From: Actinomycetota bacterium
GTDB taxonomy: Bacteria > Actinomycetota > UBA4738 > HRBIN12
Direction of reading: 5' to 3'
Assembly: GCA_040880745.1 (NCBI GenBank)
Contig: JBBDHX010000036.1
Coordinates: forward strand, 8,783 to 72,782
Length of the DNA stretch: 64,000 nt
Shown here: positions 30,758 to 40,135 of the stretch, in pieces
How positions within the stretch are numbered: position 1 is the stretch's first letter
Layout of the letters: the number at the start of each line of letters is the position of its first letter
The notes under the pieces: model-generated
What the model was told of the DNA's origin: nothing
Seen by the model: only the letters and a program-made list of their open reading frames with translations
Databases searched by the model: none
Made by a program: the position numbers and the translations under genes

Positions 30758-31369
30758 ATGCGGTGGGTCCGCGGTCATCCTCTGGTCGCTGTCCTCGGCG
30801 CGTTCGTGTTCGCCGCGCTCGCCGTCATCGCCACCTCGGCCGTCGTCGTGTGGCGGGCAGCGCATCATGACGGCGCTGCCGATCTCGACGCGGCCGGTGC
30901 CATCGTCGTGCTGGGGGCCGCGCAGTACGACGGTGACCCCTCGCCCGTGCTCGCGGGCCGGCTCGATCACGCGCTGCTCCTGTGGGAGCAGGGAAGGGCC
31001 GGTGTGGTGCTCACGCTCGGAGCGAACCGTCCTGGCGATCGCACGACGGAGGCTGAGGCCGGGAGGGCCTACCTGATCGCCCACGGCGTCCCGGCCGACG
31101 CCGTCGTCGCGCTCCCCGCCGGACGGACCACCTGGGAGAGCATGCAGGCGGCCTCGGCGTGGCTCCTCGAGCATGACCGCACCAGCGCCTTCTTCGTCTC
31201 CGACCCGTGGCACAACGCCCGCTTGGAAGCGATGGCCGAAGACCTGGGTGTCGACGGCTTCGCCTCGGCCACCTGGACCTCGGCCGCGACGAGTGAGGAG
31301 GAGCGGGGCCGTGGGTACCTGCGGGAGACGTTCGCCTACCTCGCATACCGCCTGATCGGGGGAGGCTGA
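30758..31369 (+). CDS. YdcF/DUF218 (SanA/ElyC-like) family protein
   Basis: An N-terminal TM is followed by IVVLGAAQYDG..SPVL..RLDHA and FVSDPWH, which are characteristic of DUF218. Confidence 0.75.
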   Translation: MRWVRGHPLVAVLGAFVFAALAVIATSAVVVWRAAHHDGAADLDAAGAIVVLGAAQYDGDPSPVLAGRLDHALLLWEQGRAGVVLTLGANRPGDRTTEAEAGRAYLIAHGVPADAVVALPAGRTTWESMQAASAWLLEHDRTSAFFVSDPWHNARLEAMAEDLGVDGFASATWTSAATSEEERGRGYLRETFAYLAYRLIGGG

Positions 31370-31426
31370 ACGCCCCACACGGAAGGGCTCAGGAAGTGTG
31401 GATGGATCGCCGATGATGGTCGGGTC

Positions 31427-32260
31427 ATGTGGGATTGGATGGCGGAGCTCTTCAACACCTTCGAAGCCCAGTTGCAGTTCGGGCTGATACTGCTCATCGC
31501 CCTGATGGGGTGGATGATCTTCCGGGCCCACCGACAGATCACGAAACTTGCCGGTACATCCGCGTTGATCGCTCGCTCCTCGGAGAAGATGCAGGGATCC
31601 CTCGAGAAGCTCGAGGAGACCGGCGACCTCGTCGAGCGGCTGACGGCGATGGCCGCCGCGATGAGAACGCAACTCGAGGGGCTCGAGACGGCCACGAGCG
31701 AGATCACGCGCAGGACGGAGGAGACCGGTGAGACCCTGCGGTCCAACCTCGAGGAGTACCGCATGGCCCAAGGTTCGACGAGCGCCTACCGCGACTATCT
31801 CCAGCGCATGGGCATGGCGCCGGCTTCCGACGTGGAGCCCATCCTCGAGGCCCTCGGTGATGGCGCCTCGGCCGTGAGCGCGGAGGGCAGGGTGCTGTAC
31901 ACGAACCGCGCCTACGCAGACCTCACCTCGATCCACCCGGGGGCCACGCTCGAGGAGATCGTGAGCCGGTGCCAGCTCCGTGCGTTCGACGGATCGCCGA
32001 CGTCGGTGGCCGACCTGCCCGAGTCGCGGGTACTCGCCGGCGCGTCGGTGGACGGCGAACTGATCCGGATACGCCCGGCTGGTCTGGAGCGCGATGTCAT
32101 CCTCTCGATCAACGGCAGGCCCGCGCGCGACGGCAATGGCAGGGTGGTCGCCGCGGTGATGCTCGCCCGCGAGGTCTCCGAGGAGATCGCGATGGCCATC
32201 GAGGTCCGCAGGTCCTCCAGCGAGCACGGTCGCGCCGCCCCGGTGTCCTGGGCCGTCTGA
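31427..32260 (+). CDS. Membrane-anchored coiled-coil / PAS-domain protein
   Basis: An N-terminal TM and a coiled-coil segment are followed by a PAS-like region (AVSAEGRVLYTNRAYADLT...NGRVVAAVMLAREVSE). Confidence 0.6.
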   Translation: MWDWMAELFNTFEAQLQFGLILLIALMGWMIFRAHRQITKLAGTSALIARSSEKMQGSLEKLEETGDLVERLTAMAAAMRTQLEGLETATSEITRRTEETGETLRSNLEEYRMAQGSTSAYRDYLQRMGMAPASDVEPILEALGDGASAVSAEGRVLYTNRAYADLTSIHPGATLEEIVSRCQLRAFDGSPTSVADLPESRVLAGASVDGELIRIRPAGLERDVILSINGRPARDGNGRVVAAVMLAREVSEEIAMAIEVRRSSSEHGRAAPVSWAV

Positions 32261-32294
32261 GCCGCTGTCGGTCACCGCGGCTAGCATCGTCGCC

Positions 32295-33296
32295 GTGCAG
32301 ACCCCCCGGGAGCGTTCCGAAGAGATCGAGCAGCAGACCCTCTCGTCCTTTGCGGTCCTGGCTTCGCGCAGCGAGGGCCGCGAACGGCCCGAGCCTGAGG
32401 ACGAACTCCGGACGTGCTTCCAGCGGGACCGCGATCGCATCCTGCACGCGAAGGCGTTCCGCCGGCTGAAGCACAAGACGCAGGTCTTCCTGGCACCCGA
32501 GGGCGACCACTACCGGGTGCGCCTCACCCACACGCTCGACGTCGCCCAGATCGCCCGGACCGCGGCGCGGGCGCTGCGGCTGAACGAAGACCTCACCGAG
32601 GCCATCGCCCTCGGCCACGATCTGGGTCACACGCCGTTCGGACACCTCGGCGAGCAGGCGCTGACACCTTTCCTGGGCCGGCCGTTCCGACACTCGGAGC
32701 AATCGTTGCGGGTGGTCGAGTACCTGGAGAACGACGGTGCCGGACTGAACCTGACGTGGGAGGTCCGCGACGGCATCGTGCACCACCCCTGGTCGATGTC
32801 CCCCCCCTCCACGCTCGAGGCGCAGGTGGTGCGGTACGCCGACCGCATCGCCTACATCAACCACGACATCGACGACGCCATGCGAGCCGGCGTCCTGGAG
32901 CTCGACGAACTCCCGGCGACCGCTTTGCAGGTCCTCGGACGGACCCACTCGCAGCGGATCGGCACGCTCGTCCGGGACCTGGTGATGACCAGCCGTGATC
33001 GAGCGGAGATCGCCCTTTCTCCCGCGGCGTTCCGTGCCATGGACGAGCTCCGCGACTTCATGTTCGCCGAGGTGTATCTGCGGGCAGGAGCGCGCGAGGA
33101 GCACGAGAAGGCGATGCGCCTGCTCCGCGACCTGTTCCAGCACTTCCTGGACCACCCCGACGAGCTCCCGCCCGAGGTTCGGGCGGCCCCCGGCGATCTC
33201 CCCACGCAGGTGGCCGATTTCGTGGCCGGCATGACGGACAGGTACGCTCTGCGCACCTACGAGCGGCTCTTCCTTCCCCGGGGCTGGCTCCTGTAG
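32295..33296 (+). CDS. dgt: dGTPase-like HD-domain triphosphohydrolase
   Basis: The sequences FQRDRDRILHAKAFRRLKHKTQVF and RLTHTLDVAQIAR..GHDLGHTPFGH are present. The gene sits in the conserved position before dnaG. Confidence 0.9.
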   Translation: MQTPRERSEEIEQQTLSSFAVLASRSEGRERPEPEDELRTCFQRDRDRILHAKAFRRLKHKTQVFLAPEGDHYRVRLTHTLDVAQIARTAARALRLNEDLTEAIALGHDLGHTPFGHLGEQALTPFLGRPFRHSEQSLRVVEYLENDGAGLNLTWEVRDGIVHHPWSMSPPSTLEAQVVRYADRIAYINHDIDDAMRAGVLELDELPATALQVLGRTHSQRIGTLVRDLVMTSRDRAEIALSPAAFRAMDELRDFMFAEVYLRAGAREEHEKAMRLLRDLFQHFLDHPDELPPEVRAAPGDLPTQVADFVAGMTDRYALRTYERLFLPRGWLL

Positions 33297-33312
33297 AACC
33301 CCGGGGAGCATC

Positions 33313-35094
33313 GTGGCCAGGATCCGGCAGGAGGACATCGAGGCGGTCAAGGAGCGCACGAACATCGTTGCGCTCGTCTCTCAGTTCCTCACGCTGAAGA
33401 AGGCCGGGCACGATTCCATGTCGGGCATCTGCCCGTTCCACCAAGAGAAGACGGCTTCGTTCAGCGTGTCGCCGTCCAAGGGTGTCTTCTACTGCTTCGG
33501 GTGTGGCAAGGGAGGCGACGCCATCACGTTCCTGCGCGAGCTCGAATCGCTCTCCTACGTGGAGGCCATCGAGCGACTCGCATCGGAGGCTCACGTGCAG
33601 CTGCGCTACGAGGGCGACTCGGCCGCCGAGCGTCGTTCCGCGGAACGGCGCAAGGCGCTGTATCGAGCGAACGAGGAAGCCTCCTCGCTCTATCGGCAGA
33701 TGCTGGCGGAAGGCCGCGAAGCCCACGAGGCCCGCGCCTACGCTGCCGAGCGCGGTCTCACGGCGGAGGCCATCGAGGCGTTCGGCATCGGCTACGCCCC
33801 CGGGTATCCGGATTTCGTGCTCCGCCGCCTGGCCGGCCAGCGCGATCTCTCGCCCGAGATCTTGCTGGAAGCGGGCGTGGCGACGCGCGGGGACGACGGG
33901 GTGATGCGCGACCGGTTCCGCGGGCGGCTCACCTTCCCCATCCACGATCTGCAGGGTCGTCAGATCGGTTTCGGGGCCCGGATCTTGCCGGTGGATACGC
34001 GGGCGAGCGAGCAGGCGAAGTACCTCAACACGGCGGAGACGCCGATCTACCGCAAGCAGGAGATCCTCTACAACATGCACCGCGCCCGGTCGGCCATCGC
34101 CCGGAGCGGCGAAGCGTTCGTCGTCGAGGGGTACACCGACGTGATCGGTCTGGTCCAAGCCGGCATCTTGAACACGGTCGCCACGTGCGGCACGGCGCTG
34201 GGGGAGAAGCACTTCGAACTGCTCGCCCGTTTCGCCCAGCGCGCGGTCCTCGCGTTCGACTCCGACGAGGCCGGGGCGCGCGCGGCGGAGCGGGCGTTCG
34301 CGTTCCAAGAGCGGTTCCCCGTGCAGGCCGTCGTGATGATCATGCCCGACGGTCTGGACCCCGCGGAGTTCGTCTCCAAGCACGGCGCCGACGAGGTGCT
34401 CCGCGCGGCGAAGCAGGCGCGGCCGATCGTGGAGTACATGGTGCGGCGCACGGTCGGGCGCCACGACCTGTCCAGCGTGGAGGGGCGGTCCGCGGCGGTG
34501 GCCGAGGCGCTGCCCCTGCTGGAGCGTCTGAGCGATCCCGTGCGGCGGTCCGAGTACGTCGGGTTGCTGGCCGATGAGGCGGGCGTTTCGGAGGTCTCGA
34601 TCGTGGAGTCACTCCGCCGGCGAACGACCGGCAAGCCCGCGGCGGTCGCCGCCGCACCGACCCGCGGCACCGCCGCCGACCGCGTGGAGCGCGAGATGCT
34701 CCGCCTGTTCGCCCGCGGAGCCGATACCTCCTTCGAGGGGGAGCGTGCCGTGACCGAAGACCACTTCCGCAACTCGACGCACCGCCGGTTGTTCTCGGCG
34801 CTGCGAGACGCCGGCGGCGACGTCTCGTCGATCGCTGCGGGTTCGGACACGGAACTCGCGGCGAAGGCTTCCCAACTCGCCGTCGAGCCGCTGGACGGGG
34901 AGCCGACACCCGAGTACGTGCACGCCGTCTGGACCCGCCTGGAGGAGTTCCTGCTCAAGACGCGCAGCGACCAGCTCCGGGTCCGGCTCCAGAAGATGAA
35001 TCCGACCACCGAGCCGGGGTACGACTCCCTGTTCAAGGAGCTCATCGAGGTCGACGGCGAGCTTCGGCGCCTGCGCGGGACAGGGTCGGCGTGA
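33313..35094 (+). CDS. dnaG: DNA primase
   Basis: The zinc ribbon is [30 protein letters not shown]. The TOPRIM region reads [16 protein letters not shown]. Confidence 0.95.
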   Translation: MARIRQEDIEAVKERTNIVALVSQFLTLKKAGHDSMSGICPFHQEKTASFSVSPSKGVFYCFGCGKGGDAITFLRELESLSYVEAIERLASEAHVQLRYEGDSAAERRSAERRKALYRANEEASSLYRQMLAEGREAHEARAYAAERGLTAEAIEAFGIGYAPGYPDFVLRRLAGQRDLSPEILLEAGVATRGDDGVMRDRFRGRLTFPIHDLQGRQIGFGARILPVDTRASEQAKYLNTAETPIYRKQEILYNMHRARSAIARSGEAFVVEGYTDVIGLVQAGILNTVATCGTALGEKHFELLARFAQRAVLAFDSDEAGARAAERAFAFQERFPVQAVVMIMPDGLDPAEFVSKHGADEVLRAAKQARPIVEYMVRRTVGRHDLSSVEGRSAAVAEALPLLERLSDPVRRSEYVGLLADEAGVSEVSIVESLRRRTTGKPAAVAAAPTRGTAADRVEREMLRLFARGADTSFEGERAVTEDHFRNSTHRRLFSALRDAGGDVSSIAAGSDTELAAKASQLAVEPLDGEPTPEYVHAVWTRLEEFLLKTRSDQLRVRLQKMNPTTEPGYDSLFKELIEVDGELRRLRGTGSA

Positions 35095-35146
35095 GGGCAC
35101 GTTCCGTACACTGAGCGGTCGTGCCCGAATCCAGCCGGAACCCCCT

Positions 35147-36460
35147 ATGAGTGACGCCGCAACCGCCCGCGAGGTGGTCGGCGTGGACGATGCGAAGGAG
35201 CAGATCGTCGCGCGGGGCCGCGAGCGCGGCTTCGTGACGTCTGAGGACCTCCTGGAAGCCGTCCCGGTCGACGATTTCACCCCGGAGCAGATCGAGGAGT
35301 TCCTGACCCAGATCCAGGAGCACCTCACCAACGAGGGCATCGAGGTCATCGAGGTTCCCGGCGATGACACCGATGCGGCGACCCAGGTCCGGATCGAGGT
35401 CGACCTGCTGCGCGCGCCCACCAACGATCCGGTCCGGATGTACCTGAAGGAGATCGGCAAGGTCCCCCTGCTCAACGCAGCGCAGGAGGTCGACCTGGCC
35501 CGCAGGATCCAGGCGGGCGAGCTCTCGACGGCGTTGCAGCGCCAGGCCTTCGACGACGGCAAGGCCGACCCCAAAGCCCTCAAGTTCATGGTCGAGAAGG
35601 TGTGGCAGATCCGCGATCACCAGTTGACGGCGTTCGGGAAGGTCGAGGGGATCGGCCGCGACAAGATCGCGAGGTCCTATCGGCCGAAGACCGACCAAGA
35701 GTTCGAGGACTTCTACCGGCGGGTGGAGCGCGACGGCCAGCTTGCGAAGAAGAAGCTCATCGAAGCGAACCTCCGCCTCGTGGTCTCGATCGCGAAGCGG
35801 TACGTGGGGCGCGGCATGCTGTTCCTGGACCTGATCCAGGAGGGCAACCTGGGCCTGATCCGCGCGGTCGAGAAGTTCGACTACGACAAGGGGTTCAAGT
35901 TCTCCACCTATGCCACCTGGTGGATCCGCCAGGCCATCACGCGGGCGATCGCCGACCAGGCGCGCACCATCCGCATCCCGGTGCACATGGTCGAGACGAT
36001 CAACAAGCTCGTCAGGATCCAGCGTCAGTTGCTGCAGGACCTCGGCCGCGAGCCGACGCCCGATGAGATCGGCAAGCAGATGGGCATCGGGGCCGACAAG
36101 GTGCGCGAGATCCAGAAGGTCTCGCAGGAGCCGGTCTCACTGCACACCCCCATCGGTGAAGAAGAGGACTCCCAACTCGGCGACTTCATCGAAGACGCCG
36201 AGGCGGTGGTCCCCGTCGACGCCGCTTCGTTCATCCTGCTCCAGGAGCAACTGGAGGGGGTCCTCGAGACCCTGTCGGAGCGGGAGAAGAAGGTCGTGCA
36301 GCTGCGGTTCGGGCTCGTGGACGGCCACCCCCGCACCCTCGAGGAGGTCGGGCGGGAATTCGGGGTCACCCGGGAGCGGATCCGCCAGATCGAGTCGAAG
36401 ACGCTGTCCAAGCTCCGGCACCCATCGCGCAGCCAGAAGCTCCGCGACTACCTGGAGTAG
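35147..36460 (+). CDS. rpoD: Principal RNA polymerase sigma factor (group 1 sigma-70)
   Basis: The sequences [38 protein letters not shown] and [32 protein letters not shown] are present. Confidence 0.95.
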   Translation: MSDAATAREVVGVDDAKEQIVARGRERGFVTSEDLLEAVPVDDFTPEQIEEFLTQIQEHLTNEGIEVIEVPGDDTDAATQVRIEVDLLRAPTNDPVRMYLKEIGKVPLLNAAQEVDLARRIQAGELSTALQRQAFDDGKADPKALKFMVEKVWQIRDHQLTAFGKVEGIGRDKIARSYRPKTDQEFEDFYRRVERDGQLAKKKLIEANLRLVVSIAKRYVGRGMLFLDLIQEGNLGLIRAVEKFDYDKGFKFSTYATWWIRQAITRAIADQARTIRIPVHMVETINKLVRIQRQLLQDLGREPTPDEIGKQMGIGADKVREIQKVSQEPVSLHTPIGEEEDSQLGDFIEDAEAVVPVDAASFILLQEQLEGVLETLSEREKKVVQLRFGLVDGHPRTLEEVGREFGVTRERIRQIESKTLSKLRHPSRSQKLRDYLE

Positions 36461-36596
36461 AGGCCCCCTTGCGTGTCCGGGCCCTCCTCGCGGTCTAGGC
36501 TACGCTCGGGGCGCGCGGACCCTCCACCCGCTACCGCAGGTCGAGGGTCAAGATGCCCCCGGCCGTTGCCGACACCTTGACCGGAGGTCTGAACGG

Positions 36597-37085
36597 ATGA
36601 TGGGCACTCAAAGGATGCGTGGACGTCTCCGCGAGGAGCACGGGTTCACGCTCGTCGAGCTGATGGTCGTGGTGTTGAACCTCGCCATCCTGATCGCGAT
36701 CGCCCTGCCCACGTTCATGGGCGCCTTGGAGCGGGTCCGCGATGCCGCGGCGAAAGCGTCTTTGCGCACCGCGCTCACGGCCGGACGCGTGTACTTCGTC
36801 TCGGGGAGCGGGGACTACACGGCGGCCGCCCTCACCGACCTCACGGAGGTCGAGAATTCCATCCTGTGGGTGAGCGAAGCGACGAACAGCGCGGAACCCA
36901 AGGCCGTGAGCCGCGACGTCGTGGGCGGCGTGCTCACGCTGGCGACGTTCTCGAGGGGCGGAACCTGTTTCTTCGTGCGCGACGACCCGCCGAACAACCT
37001 GACCTACGGACGCATCGACGACGCCGTCACGACCGATTGCCACGCGACCAACGTCGTCGCGGCCACCATGGGCAACAGTTGGTGA
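36597..37085 (+). CDS. Prepilin-type N-terminal cleavage/methylation domain protein (type IV pilin or pseudopilin-like)
   Basis: The leader ends EEHG, followed by FTLVELMVVV, the class III signal. GGAGG lies upstream. The start was trimmed from the 391-aa track ORF. Confidence 0.75.
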   Translation: MMGTQRMRGRLREEHGFTLVELMVVVLNLAILIAIALPTFMGALERVRDAAAKASLRTALTAGRVYFVSGSGDYTAAALTDLTEVENSILWVSEATNSAEPKAVSRDVVGGVLTLATFSRGGTCFFVRDDPPNNLTYGRIDDAVTTDCHATNVVAATMGNSW

Positions 37086-37086
37086 A

Positions 37087-37356
37087 CTAGGACCAGGCGG
37101 CGTCTTCGGAGCCGCCCTCATCACCGAGTCGGTTCCTGATCTTGCCACGCGTGCGGCGGATCGCGTCCAGGCTCGCGACCCCCGCCCGATCCGCCAACTT
37201 CTGGGCGCCCGACCGCACGACCCTGAGTACGGGGTTCGCGGCCGCGTGCTCCGCCGGCCCGTGCAGCACCGCAGGGTCGTCCTCCGTCATCTTGCGGGCG
37301 ATCGTGAGTCCGGCGAGCACGCCGGCTGCGAAGACGAAGAGCGAGCGGAGCTTCAT
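37087..37356 (-). CDS. Small membrane-anchored hypothetical protein (89 aa)
   Basis: An RBS (gggagg) lies upstream and the N-terminal TM is LFVFAAGVLAGLTIA. Confidence 0.5.
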   Translation of the reverse strand: MKLRSLFVFAAGVLAGLTIARKMTEDDPAVLHGPAEHAAANPVLRVVRSGAQKLADRAGVASLDAIRRTRGKIRNRLGDEGGSEDAAWS

Positions 37357-37441
37357 GGATGGGCCTCCCGTGTCGATGCTGGTCAGGGCAGGATAGCGGG
37401 CGGCCGGAGCGAGGGCGCTTGCTAGACTCCCAGCGCTTCGA

Positions 37442-37517
37442 TCCGGGGTAGCTCAACTGGCAGAGCGGCGGACTGTTAATCCGTAGGTTGTGGGTTCGAG
37501 TCCCACCCCCGGAGCCA
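37442..37517 (+). tRNA. tRNA-Asn (anticodon GTT), CCA encoded
   Basis: The cloverleaf was folded by hand. The acceptor is tccgggg/ccccgga, the anticodon loop is ctGTTaa and the T arm is gtggg-ttcgagt-cccac. The discriminator is g, followed by cca. Confidence 0.9.
37472..37515 (+). repeat. Direct repeat copy 1 (3' half of tRNA-Asn); att-like
   Basis: This 44-nt sequence recurs at 39957-40000 with one mismatch, and in degenerate form at 44117-44157. Confidence 0.9.
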
Positions 37518-37646
37518 CTAGACCCGCAGGTGGTGGACCCTCGCCAAGCCTCTCGCTTGACAGCCAGGTACGACGTGCGATCAGCCACTACGGATGCTCG
37601 GGAAGCAACTGTAACCAGGTCTACCCGGCCGCGCGCGAAGGTCCGC

Positions 37647-38327
37647 TCAGATCGCCGGCAGGAACTCCAGGTGAGCCTCGAGCTGGTCCATCAGGCCCTT
37701 CTCCAGCTCCCAGGCGACCTGGCGGACGTTCGCAGGCACAGGTGACCCCATGGGCACAGTGTCGCCGGCTCCCTTCAGGGCACCCGATGGAACCCCGGCC
37801 AGCCAGCCGAGACTGTTGCTCCGTGAGAGCGCTTCATAGGCGGAGTCCAACTCCGGATCGACGTGGGCGCCACCATCTTGGTTCGCCAAGGCCAGGACAA
37901 GCGCTCTCCTTGAGAAGTCGGCACCAGCCTGGTCTTGGATGATCACTCGACCCCACCAGTCGTCGAACGGGACCGGACCAAGCGAGGACGGGTGGAGATC
38001 TCTCGTGGCTCTGTAGCAGGGCCGGCCCGAGTCATCGGCCGTGAGACCTGCGATGCCGGCGCCCATGTGCCACGTCAGGACCCCCTCTCTCGGCTCGGGA
38101 GGCGGGATGTAGGAGTCCAAGTAGGCGATGGCGGCCTTCACGCCCAGTAGCTCAAGCACCGATGCGGAGCTGCTGGTGTCGTGAACGAGCACACGTATCG
38201 AGACTGCGAGCCGCAGAGCCTCATCCTCGGCACCATCATCGAACAACCGCCCCGAGCGCCGGAGGAAGGTGACTTGGTTGCGCAGCTGGGCGATTAGCTC
38301 CTCTTGCGTCCTGGGCATGCCGGGCAT
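37647..38327 (-). CDS. Hypothetical protein (226 aa), island A
   Basis: A clean ORF with ATG start. No family was recognised. The most conserved-looking block is RRALVLALANQDGGAHVDPELDSAYEALSRSNSLGW. Confidence 0.6.
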   Translation of the reverse strand: MPGMPRTQEELIAQLRNQVTFLRRSGRLFDDGAEDEALRLAVSIRVLVHDTSSSASVLELLGVKAAIAYLDSYIPPPEPREGVLTWHMGAGIAGLTADDSGRPCYRATRDLHPSSLGPVPFDDWWGRVIIQDQAGADFSRRALVLALANQDGGAHVDPELDSAYEALSRSNSLGWLAGVPSGALKGAGDTVPMGSPVPANVRQVAWELEKGLMDQLEAHLEFLPAI

Positions 38328-38430
38328 CGTACGCCTGGCTGAGTTCCAGCCGATCGCTTGGAGCTACCCTTTCATGCCACGCACGAAGTAGCGCGTCGGG
38401 GTCAACCACTACCATGCTCTCGGAGGCTCG

Positions 38431-38967
38431 GTGTCCGGTCTACTCATCCGCGTTCGCTTGTTCGTGAGCTCCTTGGCGCCGCTGTTCGTGATCCTCGCGG
38501 TGCGATTCAAGGAGCCCGCGCTCGAGGCTGCGTGCGCCCTGCTCGCCGTCGTCGGGGTCACGACCTTCGTGTTGTTGCTCAGGACAGCCTCGAAGATCTC
38601 GCCTGATCCGCACCAGGTTGAAACCGTCGCGGACCGAGGGCCGGAGGTCGCTGGATACGTCGCGACGTACCTCCTTCCCTTCGTCACGGTGCCGGAGCCG
38701 AGCGGTCGCGATCTGATGGCCTACGCGCTGTTCGTTCTTGTTCTGGGCGTCGTCTATGTCCACTCCGACATGCTTCAGATCAACCCGGTTGCGTACTTCC
38801 TCCGCTACCGGATCTTCGCTGTGACTACAACCGACGGGTGGGAAGGCTTCCTCCTGTCCCGAGTGAAACCCGCAGTAGGCCGGTCGTTGCTAGCATCCCG
38901 GATTCAGAACACTCTCGCGATCGCCAGGACGACGGAGAATCGACATGGCCACTCGGTGGCGACCTGA
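38431..38967 (+). CDS. Four-TM membrane protein, KwaA-like (Kiwa component A candidate)
   Basis: Four hydrophobic helices are followed by a short soluble tail, 178 aa in total. The gene overlaps the next gene by 23 nt. The assignment rests on architecture and on the partner gene only. Confidence 0.45.
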   Translation: MSGLLIRVRLFVSSLAPLFVILAVRFKEPALEAACALLAVVGVTTFVLLLRTASKISPDPHQVETVADRGPEVAGYVATYLLPFVTVPEPSGRDLMAYALFVLVLGVVYVHSDMLQINPVAYFLRYRIFAVTTTDGWEGFLLSRVKPAVGRSLLASRIQNTLAIARTTENRHGHSVAT

Positions 38968-39859
38968 ACTCGCGGACCTTCAACTGGATGGGGCTGTCAC
39001 GCTGGTGATCGCGTGGCGCGTCGGTGCCCACCTAGAGGCGGCGATGGTTCCGGTGGCGGACGAAGTGGTCGATGAGCTTCGAGCGTCCTGTCGCCGAACG
39101 GTTGATCAACTCGCGAGCAGCGAGGTTCAGGGATACGACCCTGATGCTTTGGTTGAACGAGGGTCGTGGATGGCTGTTCCATCACGGATCGTGGATGAGG
39201 ACGGGTCACCTGTTGCCGATATCGTGAGGCGAGCGTCAGGTCTCGATCGCATCGACGCCCGAGAGATCCCGAACCGGCTCCTCTTCTACGCGGTGGCGGT
39301 TGGCGACAGCCCCGGTGAGCGTGCCGGATTCATTCGTAAGGCGGATCCCCACAAGTCCTCGAAGCCGGGCCGGCTCTTGGCCGCTCTCGGCGAAGTGCTG
39401 GCGCGGATCCAGGAGCCAGTGTTCCTGCTCGACGATCGGTTTGACCTTGTGCTCGTACCCGAGGGCGTGATGGTTCTGAACCAGGTGGCTTTCGACCTGC
39501 TCTTCCGCGAAGCTCCGGAGCTCGCACTTCGGGCTCCGCGCTGGATCGAGGGTATCGCTCAGCATCTTCCTTTCGGTGATGGGGCCGTCGATCAACTCGT
39601 GCAAGCCTGCGAGGCCGACACCCGGCTGGCGCGACGACTCCGCTCGATTTACGAGCGGGGGCATCTGGAGAGCGTTTCGCTCGATCGTGTGCGTAAGGAG
39701 GTCGAGCGTCAGGGGCTGGAGGTTCGGGAGTTCATCCGGGACGGTTCCTTGATCGCAGACGACCCGCGAGGTCTTCTGTATCTCCTGAACGAGGACCTGT
39801 TCGTCGGGGGACTGAGTGACACGCCATACCAAGTGGATCGAAAGAGTGCTAGGAACTGA
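38945..39859 (+). CDS. DUF4868/KwaB-like protein (Kiwa component B candidate)
   Basis: The size (304 aa) and sequence texture (LLFYAVAVG..AGFIRKADP and FDLVLVPEGVMVLNQVAFDLLF) resemble my recollection of the DUF4868 family. It is paired with an upstream 4-TM protein. This has not been verified by any search. Confidence 0.45.
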   Translation: MATRWRPELADLQLDGAVTLVIAWRVGAHLEAAMVPVADEVVDELRASCRRTVDQLASSEVQGYDPDALVERGSWMAVPSRIVDEDGSPVADIVRRASGLDRIDAREIPNRLLFYAVAVGDSPGERAGFIRKADPHKSSKPGRLLAALGEVLARIQEPVFLLDDRFDLVLVPEGVMVLNQVAFDLLFREAPELALRAPRWIEGIAQHLPFGDGAVDQLVQACEADTRLARRLRSIYERGHLESVSLDRVRKEVERQGLEVREFIRDGSLIADDPRGLLYLLNEDLFVGGLSDTPYQVDRKSARN

Positions 39860-39956
39860 CTGACTCGGGATATGTCGACAGCCAACTTGACAGCCGAGCC
39901 ACGTAGAGCGCGACGGCCATGGACGGTGGTGGACGGCTCTGGATGACCTGCAACGT

Positions 39957-40000
39957 ACTGTTAATCCGTAGGTTGTGGGTTCGAGTCCCGCCCCCGGAGC
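39957..40000 (+). repeat. Direct repeat copy 2 (partial tRNA-Asn 3' half, no 5' half); att-like
   Basis: 43 of 44 nt are identical to 37472-37515, with a G at 39990 where copy 1 has A. No acceptor 5' strand or D-arm lies upstream. Confidence 0.9.
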
Positions 40001-40135
40001 TTCCCACCAGGCACTTCCCTCCCGGCCCGCAGGAATGGCGGGGATTATCGTGTTGACGCACGGTAGGAGAGCTTCGCTAGGGGTACCATCCTCTCAAGGA
40101 GACCGTCCCGGTCGGACGGTTGAGGAGAGACACGG

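Noticed and set aside
30470-32476. 668-aa minus-strand ORF spanning several plus-strand genes
   Set aside because: It overlaps four well-supported plus-strand genes (NlpC/P60, DUF218, the PAS protein and dgt). Its translation is Arg/Gly/Pro-rich and carries no motifs.
39957-40003. Possible second tRNA-Asn gene
   Set aside because: Only the part from the anticodon loop to the acceptor 3' strand is present. No matching 5' acceptor strand or D-arm lies upstream, so it was interpreted as an att-type partial duplication.
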